From NCBI GenBank assembly GCA_003562815.1, contig PWTO01000182.1, positions 7,703 to 71,702 of the forward strand: a DNA stretch of 64,000 nucleotides. The letters run 5' to 3'. The notes under the pieces were generated by a model. It was not told the DNA's origin. It did no database searches and was given only the letters and a program-made list of their open reading frames with translations. Position 1 is the first letter of the stretch. Each line of letters starts with the position of its first letter. Positions 47,499 to 58,111 of the stretch are shown one piece after another. Source of the DNA: Chromatiaceae bacterium. Lineage in GTDB: Bacteria > Pseudomonadota > Gammaproteobacteria > Chromatiales > Chromatiaceae. Position numbers and translations under genes: made by a program.

Positions 47499-47883
47499 CG
47501 ACCGTCAACTACCGCTGCTAAAGATCTGCTCTTTTCTCAAAGCCGATCTGCTCACGCCGTCCCTGCCGACACCTCGAGAACCTCCTCGGCCTGCTCGCCC
47601 TGACCAGCACCTGGGCCTTGCATGCCGGGCTCTGGACCCATGAGCAACAGCCGATTCGCGAAAAAAACACTTCAGCGACCGCAGGTTAGCTTCTTCCGCT
47701 GCGGGCTCGATGTGCTCCAGCGACTCGTCGCTCAGCGCGAGACCTTCGGGGCTCAATTCCTGCATCTGCTCGGCTTCCTCCTCGATGGACAGCCCTTGGA
47801 GCTCCATCCCTCGATTCCCTGCGAGATGCGCCTGGTTTGGCCGTAGTGGAATGAGTTTGGCATGATTTGTACTGTACAGAGAC

Positions 47884-48229
47884 ATGAGCCCACGCCAGCG
47901 GGAGTACTTTCGCCAAAAGTTGCTCAACTGGCGCGAAGAGCTGCTCAACGAAGCGCAAGCAACCCTGGAACAGCTGCGTGACGATAGCCATCGCGATGTC
48001 GGCGATGAGATCGACTGCGGCAGCCGCGAGGCGAGCCAGGCGCTTGAGCTGCGCACCCGCGATCATTGGCCGTAAGCTGATGCGCAAGATCGACGAGGCG
48101 CTCGCGCGCATCGACACCGGCGAGCCGATCGGTCTCGCTCGGTTGCAGGCGCGGCCGATCGCGACGCTCTCGATCGAGGCTCAAGAGCGCCGCGAGCTGC
48201 GTGAACGCCAGGCCAATCTGAACCACTGA
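47884..48229 (+). pseudogene. DksA/TraR-family gene that is frameshifted and lacks the zinc-finger cysteines
   Basis: Frame 1 (47884-48075) gives MSPRQREYFRQKLLNWREELL...DEIDCGSREASQALELRTRD, then stops. The homology continues in the +1 frame as GRKLMRKIDEALARIDTGEPIGLARLQARPIATLSIEAQERRE (to 48229). The switch lies near 48060-48072. Confidence 0.55.
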
Positions 48230-48748
48230 GGGCTGCGCAGTGCAGACCTGCTTAGCTCTCCCCAGCATCAACCGTGCAAGTGACGCAAGCGTTGCCAAAA
48301 GCGAGTCAGGCGGATCGCCCGCAGTGTGGTTGCGAGCCTCGCCAGCTCACGGCGGCGATCACTCCACCAGCAGCGCCACGAACACCTGAACAGCGAGCGC
48401 AGTAGCGACTGGTTCAGCGCACAGAGCCAACAGCGTTCGTGCCTCACAGCTGTGGACGACGTTGCCCAAGGTGTGATCGGTGGCACCTTGGATGAACCTG
48501 CTTTCGGCTGACGCGAGTCTCCACTGTCTTGTATCCGGCGTGGCCGGCTCAGATCGGCGAGCGGCCAGGTCAGTAACGGCCGCGCCCTTGGCGAGTGAGG
48601 TCGCGCGCCATCGCGTTCTTTGCTTCGCGGCGGTGGCGATTTCTGGCGCGCCGCGTCTTGGCGTTGCCTGTGCTGGCGCGCCGTTGCCTGACGCATCGCT
48701 CTCTGGTGTGGTGAAAAAACATCAAACATGGTGGTGGCGGCGAGCAAA

Positions 48749-48780
48749 GATAGATACTATTGTTAATAGTGTCATTTATC
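48749..48780. promoter_or_regulatory. AT-rich imperfect palindrome (candidate operator)
   Basis: gatagatACTATTgttAATAGTgtcatttatc: core ACTATT-N3-AATAGT is perfect, and the outer arms match at 6 of 7 positions. Sits in a stretch with no convincing gene. Confidence 0.3.
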
Positions 48781-48941
48781 TTAGTAAGAGCGCTTTTCAT
48801 CTGCAATCTGTTTGCTAAACCCGCCAGTGTCTACTTTCAACACCCTCTCCCTTCGACACTCCTGCAGCGACAAGAGCTTACAACCGAAGGAGCAGGAACC
48901 CGCCGAAGCGACGGTGCGCGAGCTTGCTTGCGCGTAGCGCC

Positions 48942-49847
48942 TTAGGAATCGCCGTCCTTCAGGGCGGCGAGGATGTCAACGCAGGGCAATGGCACAAGCC
49001 TTGGTGTGTGCTGCAAGCGCAGGAAGTCGCGCCGCAGTCCCTCCAGCCGACCGATAAAGCGCTCGCGCTGGGCATTGCTCAGGGTGGGTTGCAAACCCAG
49101 GAGCAGGTTGGCGAACGCCGCGCGCAACGCCGGCTGGGCGTCGGTCAACGCACGCGGCAGATCCTCGAACTCGACCAGCCACTGGACCAGGAAATGCTCG
49201 ATGGCCGCCGCCAAGGCGTCGGCGCGCAGCAGGGCGATCAGCGCCTCGCGCTTGGCGTGACGGTAGTCATACCAGGCGGGCGCGGTGTCCGGGATGCGGT
49301 GTGCAATCTCCCCCACCAACTCGCGCTGCTCGGCATCCAGAGCGCCGAACCACCAACGCAGGTTATCGACATAACGCTCGGCGCGTTTACGCGCGCGCCG
49401 CTCGGCATCCTCGGCGCTGGCCTTGGCGGCGTCTTCCGCGTGCTCCTCGGCGAAAGTCGCGGCGAGGGCGTCGATCTGCGCCGGGCTCAGATCGGCGAGC
49501 AGCGGGGCAACGGCCGCTATCGCGAGGCGCGCATGGCGCTGGTAGAGGATCTCGAACGCATCCAGCAGGCATTCGATCTTGTCATCGGTAAAGCCAGCGC
49601 GGGCATCCTCTGCGGCCTGCGCAAAGAACGCCGCCAGGTACGGCAGCTCTTCGGTGCGATGGCGCTCAAGCGCGGACTTGAGCAGCGGCGACCAGTCACG
49701 CTGCTGGGTGCGCTCAAGGTCGAGGTAATCATCGACATGGCGCGCGATGAAAAAGTCAGCCGTGTTGTAGGCCAACCGAACGCTTGAACAGCTGGTGGCG
49801 AGCAAGGTCAGCAGGATCAGCGGAATGGCGAAAAAAAAGATACGCAT
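48942..49847 (-). CDS. Lipoprotein, hypothetical (DUF6279-like)
   Basis: MRIFFFAIPLILLTLLATSCSS signal with a lipobox Cys. Helical, charged body. Family assignment is from memory and uncertain. Confidence 0.6.
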   Translation of the reverse strand: MRIFFFAIPLILLTLLATSCSSVRLAYNTADFFIARHVDDYLDLERTQQRDWSPLLKSALERHRTEELPYLAAFFAQAAEDARAGFTDDKIECLLDAFEILYQRHARLAIAAVAPLLADLSPAQIDALAATFAEEHAEDAAKASAEDAERRARKRAERYVDNLRWWFGALDAEQRELVGEIAHRIPDTAPAWYDYRHAKREALIALLRADALAAAIEHFLVQWLVEFEDLPRALTDAQPALRAAFANLLLGLQPTLSNAQRERFIGRLEGLRRDFLRLQHTPRLVPLPCVDILAALKDGDS

Positions 49848-49912
49848 GGGGCGTGCGTAAATGGGGTTACAGCCGCTTCTGAGCAAGGCAAAGTTGTGGG
49901 GAGACCTCAGGC

Positions 49913-50797
49913 TCAGTGGTCATCCTCACCGGCACCAACCCCATCGATATAGCGATCCCGCGCTGCCCGCGCCCGCTCGAAGATCCGCAGTAACGCCGCG
50001 CCATCCTCGCGTCGGATGGTCTCGGCGAGCGCCCCCATCTCGGCCCCGAAACGGGCCAGCATCGTACTCAGCGCATCGGCATTGGCGAGACAGATATCGC
50101 GCCACATCTCCGGGCTCGACGAGGCAATGCGCGTGAAATCCCGAAAACCGCCGGCCGCATAACGAAAGATCTCGTCATTGCTGCGCATCCGCGACAAGGC
50201 ATCGACCAGCCCGAAGGCCAGCATGTGCGGCAGGTGGCTGGTCGCCGCCAAGACCTCGTCGTGATGGACGACACTCATCTCGGTGACCTCGGCGCCGACC
50301 TGTTCCCACATCGCCCGCACCCGCGCGCGGGCCTCGGGATCGGTCTGCGCCAGCGGGGTCAGGATCACCCGGCGATGGCGATACAGCTCCGGGAACGACG
50401 AGGCAACGCCACTGTGCTCGGTACCGGCGATCGGATGCCCCGGCACCAGCCAGGGTGGTATCGCGCCGAACGCCCGCTCGGCATCGGCGACCACGCTGCC
50501 TTTAACGCTGCCGCCATCGGTGACGACGGCGGTGTCGGATAAGCGCCCACGAATGCGCTCGAAGACCCCGGCAATCGCCCCCAACGGCACCGCGATGAAC
50601 ACCATGTCGGCATCACGCACCGCGTCTGCGGGATCTTGACTGAAGCCATCGATCACCCCGAGTTCGAGCGCGAGTTCCAGGTTCTCGCGCGAGCGACCAC
50701 AGCCGATCACCTCACCGACCGCCTCGGCCGACCTCAACGCCCGCGCCAGGGAGCCACCGATGAGGCCGACACCGATCACCGTGAGCCGTTCGATCAT
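49913..50797 (-). CDS. tyrA: Prephenate dehydrogenase
   Basis: LTVIGVGLIGGSLA Rossmann motif, GHPIAGTE and LPH motifs. Start at MIERLTV. Confidence 0.88.
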   Translation of the reverse strand: MIERLTVIGVGLIGGSLARALRSAEAVGEVIGCGRSRENLELALELGVIDGFSQDPADAVRDADMVFIAVPLGAIAGVFERIRGRLSDTAVVTDGGSVKGSVVADAERAFGAIPPWLVPGHPIAGTEHSGVASSFPELYRHRRVILTPLAQTDPEARARVRAMWEQVGAEVTEMSVVHHDEVLAATSHLPHMLAFGLVDALSRMRSNDEIFRYAAGGFRDFTRIASSSPEMWRDICLANADALSTMLARFGAEMGALAETIRREDGAALLRIFERARAARDRYIDGVGAGEDDH

Positions 50798-50807
50798 GAT
50801 GTCGATC

Positions 50808-51926
50808 CTAATCGCAGCGCTTGAGCACGGCCGCGAGCGTGGCGAGCAGGCGGTCATTCTCGGACGCCAGGCCAATGCTGATGCGCAGATGCTGCGGCAG
50901 GCCATAGTTGGCCACCGGACGACAGATGACCCCCGCGCGCAGCAGCGCCTGATCGATCGGCCCGGCAGGTCGCCCGAGATCGACCGTGACGAAGTTGCCC
51001 ACCGAGGGGATCGGCGCCAATCCCAGCGCCCGCAGTCCCTCGCCGACGCGCGCTAATTCAGCCCGATTGTGGGCGCGCGAGCGGCGCACATGCGCGTGAT
51101 CGGCCAGCGCCGCCACAGCGGCAGCCTGCGCCGGCGCATTGACATTGAATGGCTGCCGAACCCGGTTCAGCAGCTCGGCCACGGCTGGGTGGCTCAATCC
51201 ATAGCCGACCCTCAAGGCCGCGAGTCCATGGATCTTGGCGAAGGTGCGGGTGACGATCAGGTTCGGGAAGCGGTCGAGCCAGGTCGAGGTATCCGGGTAC
51301 TGCGGTTCCTCGACATAATCGAAATAGGCCTCATCGACCACCGCGATGCAGCGCTCGGGCAGCGCGCAGAGGAAGGCCCGTAGCGGCTCGGCGGCGATCC
51401 AGGTGCCGGTCGGATTGTTCGGGTTCGCGATCCAGACCACGCCGGTGCGCGCGCTCACCAGCGCTGCCATCGCCTCCAAATCATGCCCATAGTCACGCGC
51501 CGACGCCACGCGCGCGATCGCGCCAACGGCGGTGGTGGCGATCGGATAGACGGCGAAAGCATGCTCGGAGAACACCGATTCGCGCCCCGGATAGAGGAAC
51601 GCCCGCGCGATCTGGTCCAACACATCGTTGGAGCCATTGCCGAGAGTGACCTGTTCCGCCATAAGCCCGTGGTGGGCGGCGATCGCCGCGCGGAGCGCGA
51701 AACCACCCCCGTCCGGGTAGCGGCCGAGTTCCCCCGCCGCTGCCAGGTAGGCCGCGCGAGCGGCCTCGCCACAGCCCAGGGGATTTTCGTTCGAGGCCAG
51801 CTTCACCGAACCGGAAATGCCCAGCTCGCGTTCGAGTTCAGAGATCGGCTTACCGGGCAGATAGGGCTTGAGGTCGCCGATCTGTGGCGCCGCAAGCGCA
51901 AGCAAGCGGTGGGTGGGTTCGGTCAT
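50808..51926 (-). CDS. hisC: Histidinol-phosphate/aromatic aminotransferase
   Basis: KLASNENPLG and FAKIHGLAALRVGY (PLP-Lys) motifs. ATG shares one base with the pheA stop. Confidence 0.9.
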   Translation of the reverse strand: MTEPTHRLLALAAPQIGDLKPYLPGKPISELERELGISGSVKLASNENPLGCGEAARAAYLAAAGELGRYPDGGGFALRAAIAAHHGLMAEQVTLGNGSNDVLDQIARAFLYPGRESVFSEHAFAVYPIATTAVGAIARVASARDYGHDLEAMAALVSARTGVVWIANPNNPTGTWIAAEPLRAFLCALPERCIAVVDEAYFDYVEEPQYPDTSTWLDRFPNLIVTRTFAKIHGLAALRVGYGLSHPAVAELLNRVRQPFNVNAPAQAAAVAALADHAHVRRSRAHNRAELARVGEGLRALGLAPIPSVGNFVTVDLGRPAGPIDQALLRAGVICRPVANYGLPQHLRISIGLASENDRLLATLAAVLKRCD

Positions 51927-53011
51927 CAGAGCACCGCCTCGGGATAGGAGCCAAGCACCTTGCACAGGTTCGCTACCTGCTTGAGTTCAGCGAGCGCGCC
52001 CGCGACCTCGGGCGACTGCCGGTGACCACAGACATCGACAAAGAAGACATAGTCCCACACGCCTTGGCGCGAGGGCCGCGACTCGATCCGAGTCATGCTG
52101 ATGCCCTGCTTGGCGAAAGGCGTCAACAGCCGATTCAAGCCGCCCGCCTCATTGCGGCAAGACAGCAGCATGCTGGTCTTGTCATGGCCGCTCGGCGGCG
52201 AATCCTCGGGGCCGATCACCAGAAAGCGGGTGGTATTGCCGGGTTCGTCCTCGATGCGCTGCGCCAGGATGCGCAAGGCATAGAGTTCGGCGGCGGCTTC
52301 GCTGGCCACAGCCGCCGTATCCGGATGACTCGCGGCGAGCTTGGCCGCATCGGCATTGGTGCTGACCGCGACGCGCTCGGCGTTGGGCAGCAAGCGATCG
52401 AGCCAGCCGCGGCATTGCGCGAGCGATTGCTGATGCGAGTAGACGCGCCTGACCGCGCTGAGATCGACCGCCTTGGAGAGCAAATGATGATGGATGCGCA
52501 GGGTCACCTCGCCGGCGATCCGCAGCGGCGAGCGCAAAAACATATCCAGCGTATGATTGACCACGCCCTCGGTCGAGTTCTCGACCGGGACCACGCCATA
52601 CTCACAGGCGCCCGCCTCCACCTCGCGAAAGATGTCGCCGATCGCACCGAACGGTTGCGCATGGACCGAGTGACCGAAATGCTTGAGTGCGGCGGCCTGG
52701 GTGAAGGTGCCCTCGGGTCCCAAATAACCGACCTTGAGCGGTTTTTCCAGCGCCAGGCAGGCGGACATGATCTCGCGGAACAGCCGTGCGATCTCCTCGT
52801 CATCGAGCGGCCCTGGATTGCACGCCTTGATCCGCCGCAGGATCTCGGCCTCGCGCTCGGGCCGATAGTATTTGACCGATTCGCCGTGCGCGTCCTTGAT
52901 CTTGGCGACGTCCTGGGCGCAGGCGGCACGCTCCGAGATCAACCGCAACAGCTCGGCATCGATGCTGTTGATGCGCTCGCGCACCTGCTGGAGCTGCTCG
53001 TCACTGGTCAT
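51926..53011 (-). CDS. pheA: Bifunctional chorismate mutase/prephenate dehydratase (P-protein)
   Basis: N-terminal CM domain (LRERINSIDAELLRLISERA), PDT domain (VGYLGPEGTFTQ...ENSTEGVV) and a C-terminal ACT domain. Confidence 0.92.
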   Translation of the reverse strand: MTSDEQLQQVRERINSIDAELLRLISERAACAQDVAKIKDAHGESVKYYRPEREAEILRRIKACNPGPLDDEEIARLFREIMSACLALEKPLKVGYLGPEGTFTQAAALKHFGHSVHAQPFGAIGDIFREVEAGACEYGVVPVENSTEGVVNHTLDMFLRSPLRIAGEVTLRIHHHLLSKAVDLSAVRRVYSHQQSLAQCRGWLDRLLPNAERVAVSTNADAAKLAASHPDTAAVASEAAAELYALRILAQRIEDEPGNTTRFLVIGPEDSPPSGHDKTSMLLSCRNEAGGLNRLLTPFAKQGISMTRIESRPSRQGVWDYVFFVDVCGHRQSPEVAGALAELKQVANLCKVLGSYPEAVL

Positions 53012-53020
53012 GGGCGCAGA

Positions 53021-54187
53021 CTACGGCAGGTTGCGCACCGAGAGCACGCCCTCGATACGCGCGATGCGCTGCCTGATCTCATCCGGGCAGGGGTTATCGA
53101 TATCGATCAGGGTCACCGCCAGGTCATCGCGCGAGCGATTTAGCATATCGATGATATTGAGCCCGCCCTCGGCCAGATCCGTCGAGATCTGGCCGAGCAT
53201 GTTCGGCACATTGCGATTGACCACCGCCATGCGATGACCACCGTTGCGCGGCAGGTGGATCTCGGGAAAATTCACCGAATTGCTGATGTTGCCATCCTCA
53301 AGGTAGGCGCGCACCTGCTCGGCGACCATCACCGCGCAATTCTCCTCGGCCTCGCGGGTCGAGGCACCAAGATGCGGCAACGCGACCACACGCGGGTGCC
53401 CCTTCAGCAGAGCGCTCGGGAAGTCGCAGACATACGCATAGAGCTTACCGGCGTCGAGCGCCGTCACCGCCGCATCGTCGTCGATGATCCCGTCGCGCGA
53501 GAAGTTGAGCAAGACCGCGCCATCGGGCATCTCGGCGATGCGCTCGGCGTTGATCATGTGCCGGGTCTTGTCGGTCAAGGGTACGTGGAAGCTGATGAAA
53601 TCGGCGCGCGAGACCAGGTCGTCGATCGACAGCGCGCGCTCGACGTCGGCCTCCAGCTTCCAGGCACTGCGCACGGTGATGCTCGGATCATAGCCGATCA
53701 CCTTCATGCCCAGCGCGCGCGCCGCATTCGCCACCAAGACGCCGATCGCGCCGAGCCCGATCACGCCCAGGGTGCGGCCCGGCAACTCGAAACCGGCGAA
53801 CTGTTTCTTGCCGGCCTCGACCGCCTTGCCGATCGCGGCATCATCGCCCTCAAGCGCGCGCGCGAACTGCCAGCCCTGGGCGATGTTGCGCGCCGCGAGC
53901 AGCATCCCGGCCAGCACCAGCTCCTTGACCGCATTGGCATTGGCGCCCGGCGCATTGAACACGGCGATACCGCGCTCGGTCATCGCCTGCACCGGGATGT
54001 TGTTCACGCCGGCGCCGGCGCGACCGATCGCCTTCAGGCTCTCGGGCACCGGCAGATCGTGCATCTTCGCCGAGCGCACTAGGATCGCGTCCGGATGCGC
54101 CATTTCGGAGGCGATCTCATAGCCTTCGCGCGGCAGCCGATTGAGACCGGTCACCGAGATATTGTTCAGCGTCTGAATCTTGAACAC
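53021..54187 (-). CDS. serA: D-3-phosphoglycerate dehydrogenase
   Basis: GVIGLGAIGVLVA NAD fold, 2-hydroxyacid dehydrogenase core, C-terminal ACT-like domain. GTG start at 54187 (VFKIQTLNNIS). The track's 637-aa extension is rejected. Confidence 0.85.
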   Translation of the reverse strand: MFKIQTLNNISVTGLNRLPREGYEIASEMAHPDAILVRSAKMHDLPVPESLKAIGRAGAGVNNIPVQAMTERGIAVFNAPGANANAVKELVLAGMLLAARNIAQGWQFARALEGDDAAIGKAVEAGKKQFAGFELPGRTLGVIGLGAIGVLVANAARALGMKVIGYDPSITVRSAWKLEADVERALSIDDLVSRADFISFHVPLTDKTRHMINAERIAEMPDGAVLLNFSRDGIIDDDAAVTALDAGKLYAYVCDFPSALLKGHPRVVALPHLGASTREAEENCAVMVAEQVRAYLEDGNISNSVNFPEIHLPRNGGHRMAVVNRNVPNMLGQISTDLAEGGLNIIDMLNRSRDDLAVTLIDIDNPCPDEIRQRIARIEGVLSVRNLP

Positions 54188-54192
54188 TGGGC

Positions 54193-55272
54193 TTACCCCC
54201 TGGTCCGTTCGAACTCGGCCATGAACGCGAGCAACGCATCGACCCCCGCCTCCGGCATCGCGTTGTAGATGCTCGCGCGCATGCCGCCGACCGAGCGATG
54301 CCCCTTGAGCGTGAGCAGGCCGGCGTCCTTGGCACCAGCGAGGAAGTCGGCATCCAGTTCGGGATCGGCGAGCGTGAAGGGCACGTTCATCCAGGAGCGC
54401 GAGGCGGGCTCGACCGGATTGGCGTAGAAGCTCGAGCCGTCGATCGCGGCATAGAGTTTCTCGGCCTTGCGTCGGTTGATCTCGCCCATCGCTTCGAGGC
54501 CGCCGAGCGTCTTCAGCCATTGGAACACCAAGCCGGCCAGATACCAGGCATAGGTCGGGGGGGTGTTGTACATCGAGCCGCTGTCGGCGTGCACGCGATA
54601 GTCGAACATGGTCGGGGTGCCGGCCAGCGGTTCGCCGATCAGATCCTCGCGCAGGATCAGGATGGTCAGCCCGGCCGGGCCGATGTTCTTCTGCGCGCCA
54701 GCGTAGATCGCGCCGTAGCGCGAGACATCGATGGGCCGCGACAGCAGGGTCGATGACATATCGGCCACCAGCACCGCCGAGGATTCGGGGATGTAGGGAA
54801 ACTCGACGCCCTCGATGGTCTCGTTCGGAGTGTAGTGCAGATAGGCCGCCTCTTCGGACAGCGCCAGCTCCGATTGTGCCGGCGCGCGCACGAAGCGCTC
54901 GGGCTGGGTGCTGGCAGCAACGTGTACGCTGCAAAAGCGATGCGCCTCGGCAATCGCCTTCTTCGACCAGCTTCCGGTATTCAGATAGTCAGCCTGACCA
55001 GAGCGCCCGGACAGGTTCATCGGCACCATCGCGAACTGGCTCGAGGCGCCGCCTTGCAGGAACAGGACACGATAGCCCTCGGGGATCGCCAACAGCTCGC
55101 GCAGGTCATGCTCGGCCTGCTCGGCGATACGCATGAACTCCTTGCCGCGGTGGCTCATCTCGGCCACGCACATGCCGGTGCCATTCCAGTCCAGCATCTC
55201 GTCCTGGGCTTGGCGGAGCACGGGCTCGGGCAGCATCGCCGGGCCGGCGCTGAAGTTATAGGGTCGAGACAT
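54193..55272 (-). CDS. serC: Phosphoserine aminotransferase
   Basis: YNFSAGPAMLP N-terminus, GAQKNIGPAGLT PLP-Lys motif, 359 aa. Confidence 0.93.
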   Translation of the reverse strand: MSRPYNFSAGPAMLPEPVLRQAQDEMLDWNGTGMCVAEMSHRGKEFMRIAEQAEHDLRELLAIPEGYRVLFLQGGASSQFAMVPMNLSGRSGQADYLNTGSWSKKAIAEAHRFCSVHVAASTQPERFVRAPAQSELALSEEAAYLHYTPNETIEGVEFPYIPESSAVLVADMSSTLLSRPIDVSRYGAIYAGAQKNIGPAGLTILILREDLIGEPLAGTPTMFDYRVHADSGSMYNTPPTYAWYLAGLVFQWLKTLGGLEAMGEINRRKAEKLYAAIDGSSFYANPVEPASRSWMNVPFTLADPELDADFLAGAKDAGLLTLKGHRSVGGMRASIYNAMPEAGVDALLAFMAEFERTRG

Positions 55273-55318
55273 CAGCGGTACCTTTTTCTAGCGTCGATCG
55301 AGTGGATGTGCATGCGCA

Positions 55319-57910
55319 TCAGTCGGCAGCGTCACTGCCGTCTGGATCGGCGGCGTCTTCCCCGTCGCCGTCATCGGCGCCATTGAGGGCGATGATGCGC
55401 TCAATGCCGGCCAAGCGTTGGTTGTCGCCGAGGTTGATCAGCTTCACGCCCCAGGTGTTTCGGCTGAGGATCGAGATCTCGTCGACGCCGGTGCGCACCA
55501 GGGTGCCGGCTTCGGTGATCAACATGATCTCATCGCCGGGGCGCACCAGCACCGCGCCGACCTGCTCGGCATTGCGCTCGCCGATGCGCATCGAGATCAC
55601 GCCCTTGGTGCCGCGGCCCTTGGTCGGGAACTCCTCGATCGGCGTGCGCTTACCCTGGCCGTTGGCGCCGACGGTGAGCACGGTGCCCGGCTCGGCCACC
55701 AGCAGCGAGATCACGCGCTGGCCCTCGCCGAGCGAGATGCCGCGCACGCCATGCGCGGTGCGGCCCATCGAACGCACCTCGGATTCGTTGAAGCGTACCG
55801 CCTTACCGGCGGAGCTGAACAGCATCATGTCCTGACGGCCATCGGTGACCGCGACGCCGATCAGATACTCATCCTCGTGCAGGTCGATGGCGATGAGACC
55901 GCGTGAGAGCGGGCGCGAAAAGTCCGACAGCGGCGTCTTCTTGACCGTGCCCTTGCTGGTCGCCATGAAGACGAAGCTGCCTTCCTGATACTCGGGCACC
56001 GGCAGGGTCGCGTTGATACGCTCGCCCTGCTCCAGCGGCAGGAGGTTCACGATCGGCCGCCCACGCCCGCCATAGCTGGCCTGCGGCAGCTCGTAGACCT
56101 TCAGCCAATAGACTTTGCCGTGGCTGGAGAAACAGAGCACGGTGTCGTGCGAGTTGGCGACGAAGAGCCGGTCGATGAAGTCCTCGTCCTTCAGGTTCGA
56201 CGCACTGCGGCCCTTGCCGCCCCGGCGCTGGGCCTGGTACTCGGCGATCGGCTGCGCCTTAACATAGCCCGCGTGCGAGAGCGTGACCACCACATCTTCC
56301 GGCGCGATCAGATCCAGCAGCGAGATATCGGCCTGATCCTCGACGATTTCAGTACGGCGCCGATTGGCGTATTGATCGCGAATCGCCGTCAACTCCTCGC
56401 GGATCACCTGCATCAACCGATCCGGATCGCGCAGGATCGCGAGCAACTCGGCGATGATCTCGAGGATGGCCTCGAATTCCTTGACGATCTTGTCTTGCTC
56501 AAGCCCGGTCAGGCGCTGCAACTGCAGATCCAGGATCGCCCGCGCCTGGCGCTCGCTGAGTCGATACAGGCCATCGTCACGCAGGCCAAAGCCCGCGTCG
56601 AGGTCATCCGGACGAGTCTCGTCGGCGCCGGCGCGCTCGAGCATCCCGGCCACCTCGCCAGCGGCCCAATCGCGCGCCATCAGCCCCTCGCGGGCATCGG
56701 CCGGGCTGGCCGAGGCCTTGATCAGCGCGATGACCTCATCGATGTTGGCGAGCGCGACCGTGTAGCCTTCGAGCAGATGGGCGCGCTCGCGCGCCTTGCG
56801 CAGCTCGTAGATGGTGCGGCGGGTGACGACATCGCGACGATGGCGCAAGAAGTACTCAAGCATCTGCTTGAGATTCAGCGTGCGCGGCTGGCCATCGACC
56901 AGGGCCACCATGTTGATGCCGAACACGGTCTGCATGTTCGTGTGCTGATAGAGATTATTCAGCACCACGTCCGGGTAATGATCGCGCTTGATCTCGATCA
57001 CCACGCGCATGCCGTCCTTGTCGGACTCGTCGCGCAGCTCGGCGATGCCTTCGAGCTTCTTTTCGCGCACCAACTCGGCCATCTTTTCGAGCATGCGCGC
57101 CTTGTTGACCTGATAGGGCAACTCGGTGATGACGATGGCCTCGCGCTTGCTGCGCGACTCGGTCTCCTGATGGGTGCGCGCGCGCAGGCGGATGCGCCCA
57201 CGGCCAGTGCGATAGGCCTCGCGGATGCCGCGAATGCCGTTGATGATGGCCGCTGTCGGGAAGTCCGGGCCGGGCACGATCTCCATCAAGCGCTCGATCT
57301 CGACCAGCGGATCTTCGATGACGGCCAGACAGGCGTCGATGATCTCGCCGAGATTGTGCGGCGGGATATTGGTCGCCATGCCGACCGCGATGCCGGCAGC
57401 GCCATTGACCAGCAGATTCGGGAAGCGCGCCGGCAGGACCGTCGGTTCCTGCTCGGACTCATCGTAGTTGGGGATGAAATCGACCGTCTCCTTGTCGAGA
57501 TCGTCGAGCAGCGCGTGCGCGATGCGCGCCATGCGCACCTCGGTATAGCGCATCGCCGCCGGCGAGTCGCCATCGACCGAGCCGAAGTTGCCCTGGCCAT
57601 CGATCAGCATGTGGCGCATCGAAAACGGCTGCGCCATCCGCACGATGGTGTCGTAGACCGCCGTGTCGCCGTGCGGATGGTATTTACCGATGACGTCACC
57701 GACCACGCGCGCCGATTTCTTGTACGGCTTGTTCCAGTCGTTGCCGAGCACGTTCATCGCGAACAGCACGCGTCGATGCACGGGCTTGAGGCCATCGCGC
57801 ACATCCGGCAGCGCGCGGCCGACGATCACGCTCATCGCGTAATCGAGGTAGGACTGGCGCATCTCGTCTTCGAGATTGACCGGCAGGACTTCTTTTGCGA
57901 AATCGGCCAT
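55319..57910 (-). CDS. gyrA: DNA gyrase subunit A
   Basis: [32 protein letters not shown] and AAMRYTE (active-site Tyr) motifs, with an acidic C-terminal tail. Start at MADFAKE. Confidence 0.96.
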   Translation of the reverse strand: MADFAKEVLPVNLEDEMRQSYLDYAMSVIVGRALPDVRDGLKPVHRRVLFAMNVLGNDWNKPYKKSARVVGDVIGKYHPHGDTAVYDTIVRMAQPFSMRHMLIDGQGNFGSVDGDSPAAMRYTEVRMARIAHALLDDLDKETVDFIPNYDESEQEPTVLPARFPNLLVNGAAGIAVGMATNIPPHNLGEIIDACLAVIEDPLVEIERLMEIVPGPDFPTAAIINGIRGIREAYRTGRGRIRLRARTHQETESRSKREAIVITELPYQVNKARMLEKMAELVREKKLEGIAELRDESDKDGMRVVIEIKRDHYPDVVLNNLYQHTNMQTVFGINMVALVDGQPRTLNLKQMLEYFLRHRRDVVTRRTIYELRKARERAHLLEGYTVALANIDEVIALIKASASPADAREGLMARDWAAGEVAGMLERAGADETRPDDLDAGFGLRDDGLYRLSERQARAILDLQLQRLTGLEQDKIVKEFEAILEIIAELLAILRDPDRLMQVIREELTAIRDQYANRRRTEIVEDQADISLLDLIAPEDVVVTLSHAGYVKAQPIAEYQAQRRGGKGRSASNLKDEDFIDRLFVANSHDTVLCFSSHGKVYWLKVYELPQASYGGRGRPIVNLLPLEQGERINATLPVPEYQEGSFVFMATSKGTVKKTPLSDFSRPLSRGLIAIDLHEDEYLIGVAVTDGRQDMMLFSSAGKAVRFNESEVRSMGRTAHGVRGISLGEGQRVISLLVAEPGTVLTVGANGQGKRTPIEEFPTKGRGTKGVISMRIGERNAEQVGAVLVRPGDEIMLITEAGTLVRTGVDEISILSRNTWGVKLINLGDNQRLAGIERIIALNGADDGDGEDAADPDGSDAAD

Positions 57911-58111
57911 CGCTCTGTGTGTACTTCCTGAAACGGGGGTGTAAGGCGCTCGGCGACGGGCCATCGAGCGGTATCGGCACGCGCGCAAACGCGCGACATC
58001 GCGGTGATCGGCGCCATTGATGCCTGGGCGACCGGACCAAACGGGCCGGCGTCGCGGTCTTCCGCCGCGATCAATAAAAGCCTGTGATTATAGCACTGAG
58101 CGGAGTCAGTA

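Noticed and set aside
47505-47806. Possible 100-aa acidic protein on the minus strand (MELQGLSIEEEAEQMQELSPEGLALSDESLEHIEP...)
   Set aside because: Only the first half looks protein-like. The second half is Arg/Gly-rich (…GRAGRGGSRGVGRDG…), and the GAGGG element abuts the ATG with no spacer. It cannot be supported without homology evidence.
47851-47876. TGGCATGATTTGTACTGTACAGAG upstream of the DksA-like gene; considered as a sigma-54 promoter or LexA box
   Set aside because: The GG-N10-GC spacing of sigma-54 promoters is not met (the -12 position reads AC/GT). CTGT and ACAG are contiguous rather than separated by 8 nt as in a gammaproteobacterial SOS box.
48268-48747. 159-aa minus-strand ORF, plus 48480-48818 (+) and 48570-48806 (-)
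   Set aside because: The translations are Arg/Ser/Pro/Trp-rich with no secondary-structure-like periodicity, RBS or motif. The region is treated as non-coding or decayed; see the finding at 48230-48941.
51884-53143. 419-aa plus-strand ORF, and a 282-aa ORF at 53234-54082
   Set aside because: Antisense to pheA and serA.
56120-57931. 603-aa plus-strand ORF
   Set aside because: Antisense to gyrA.
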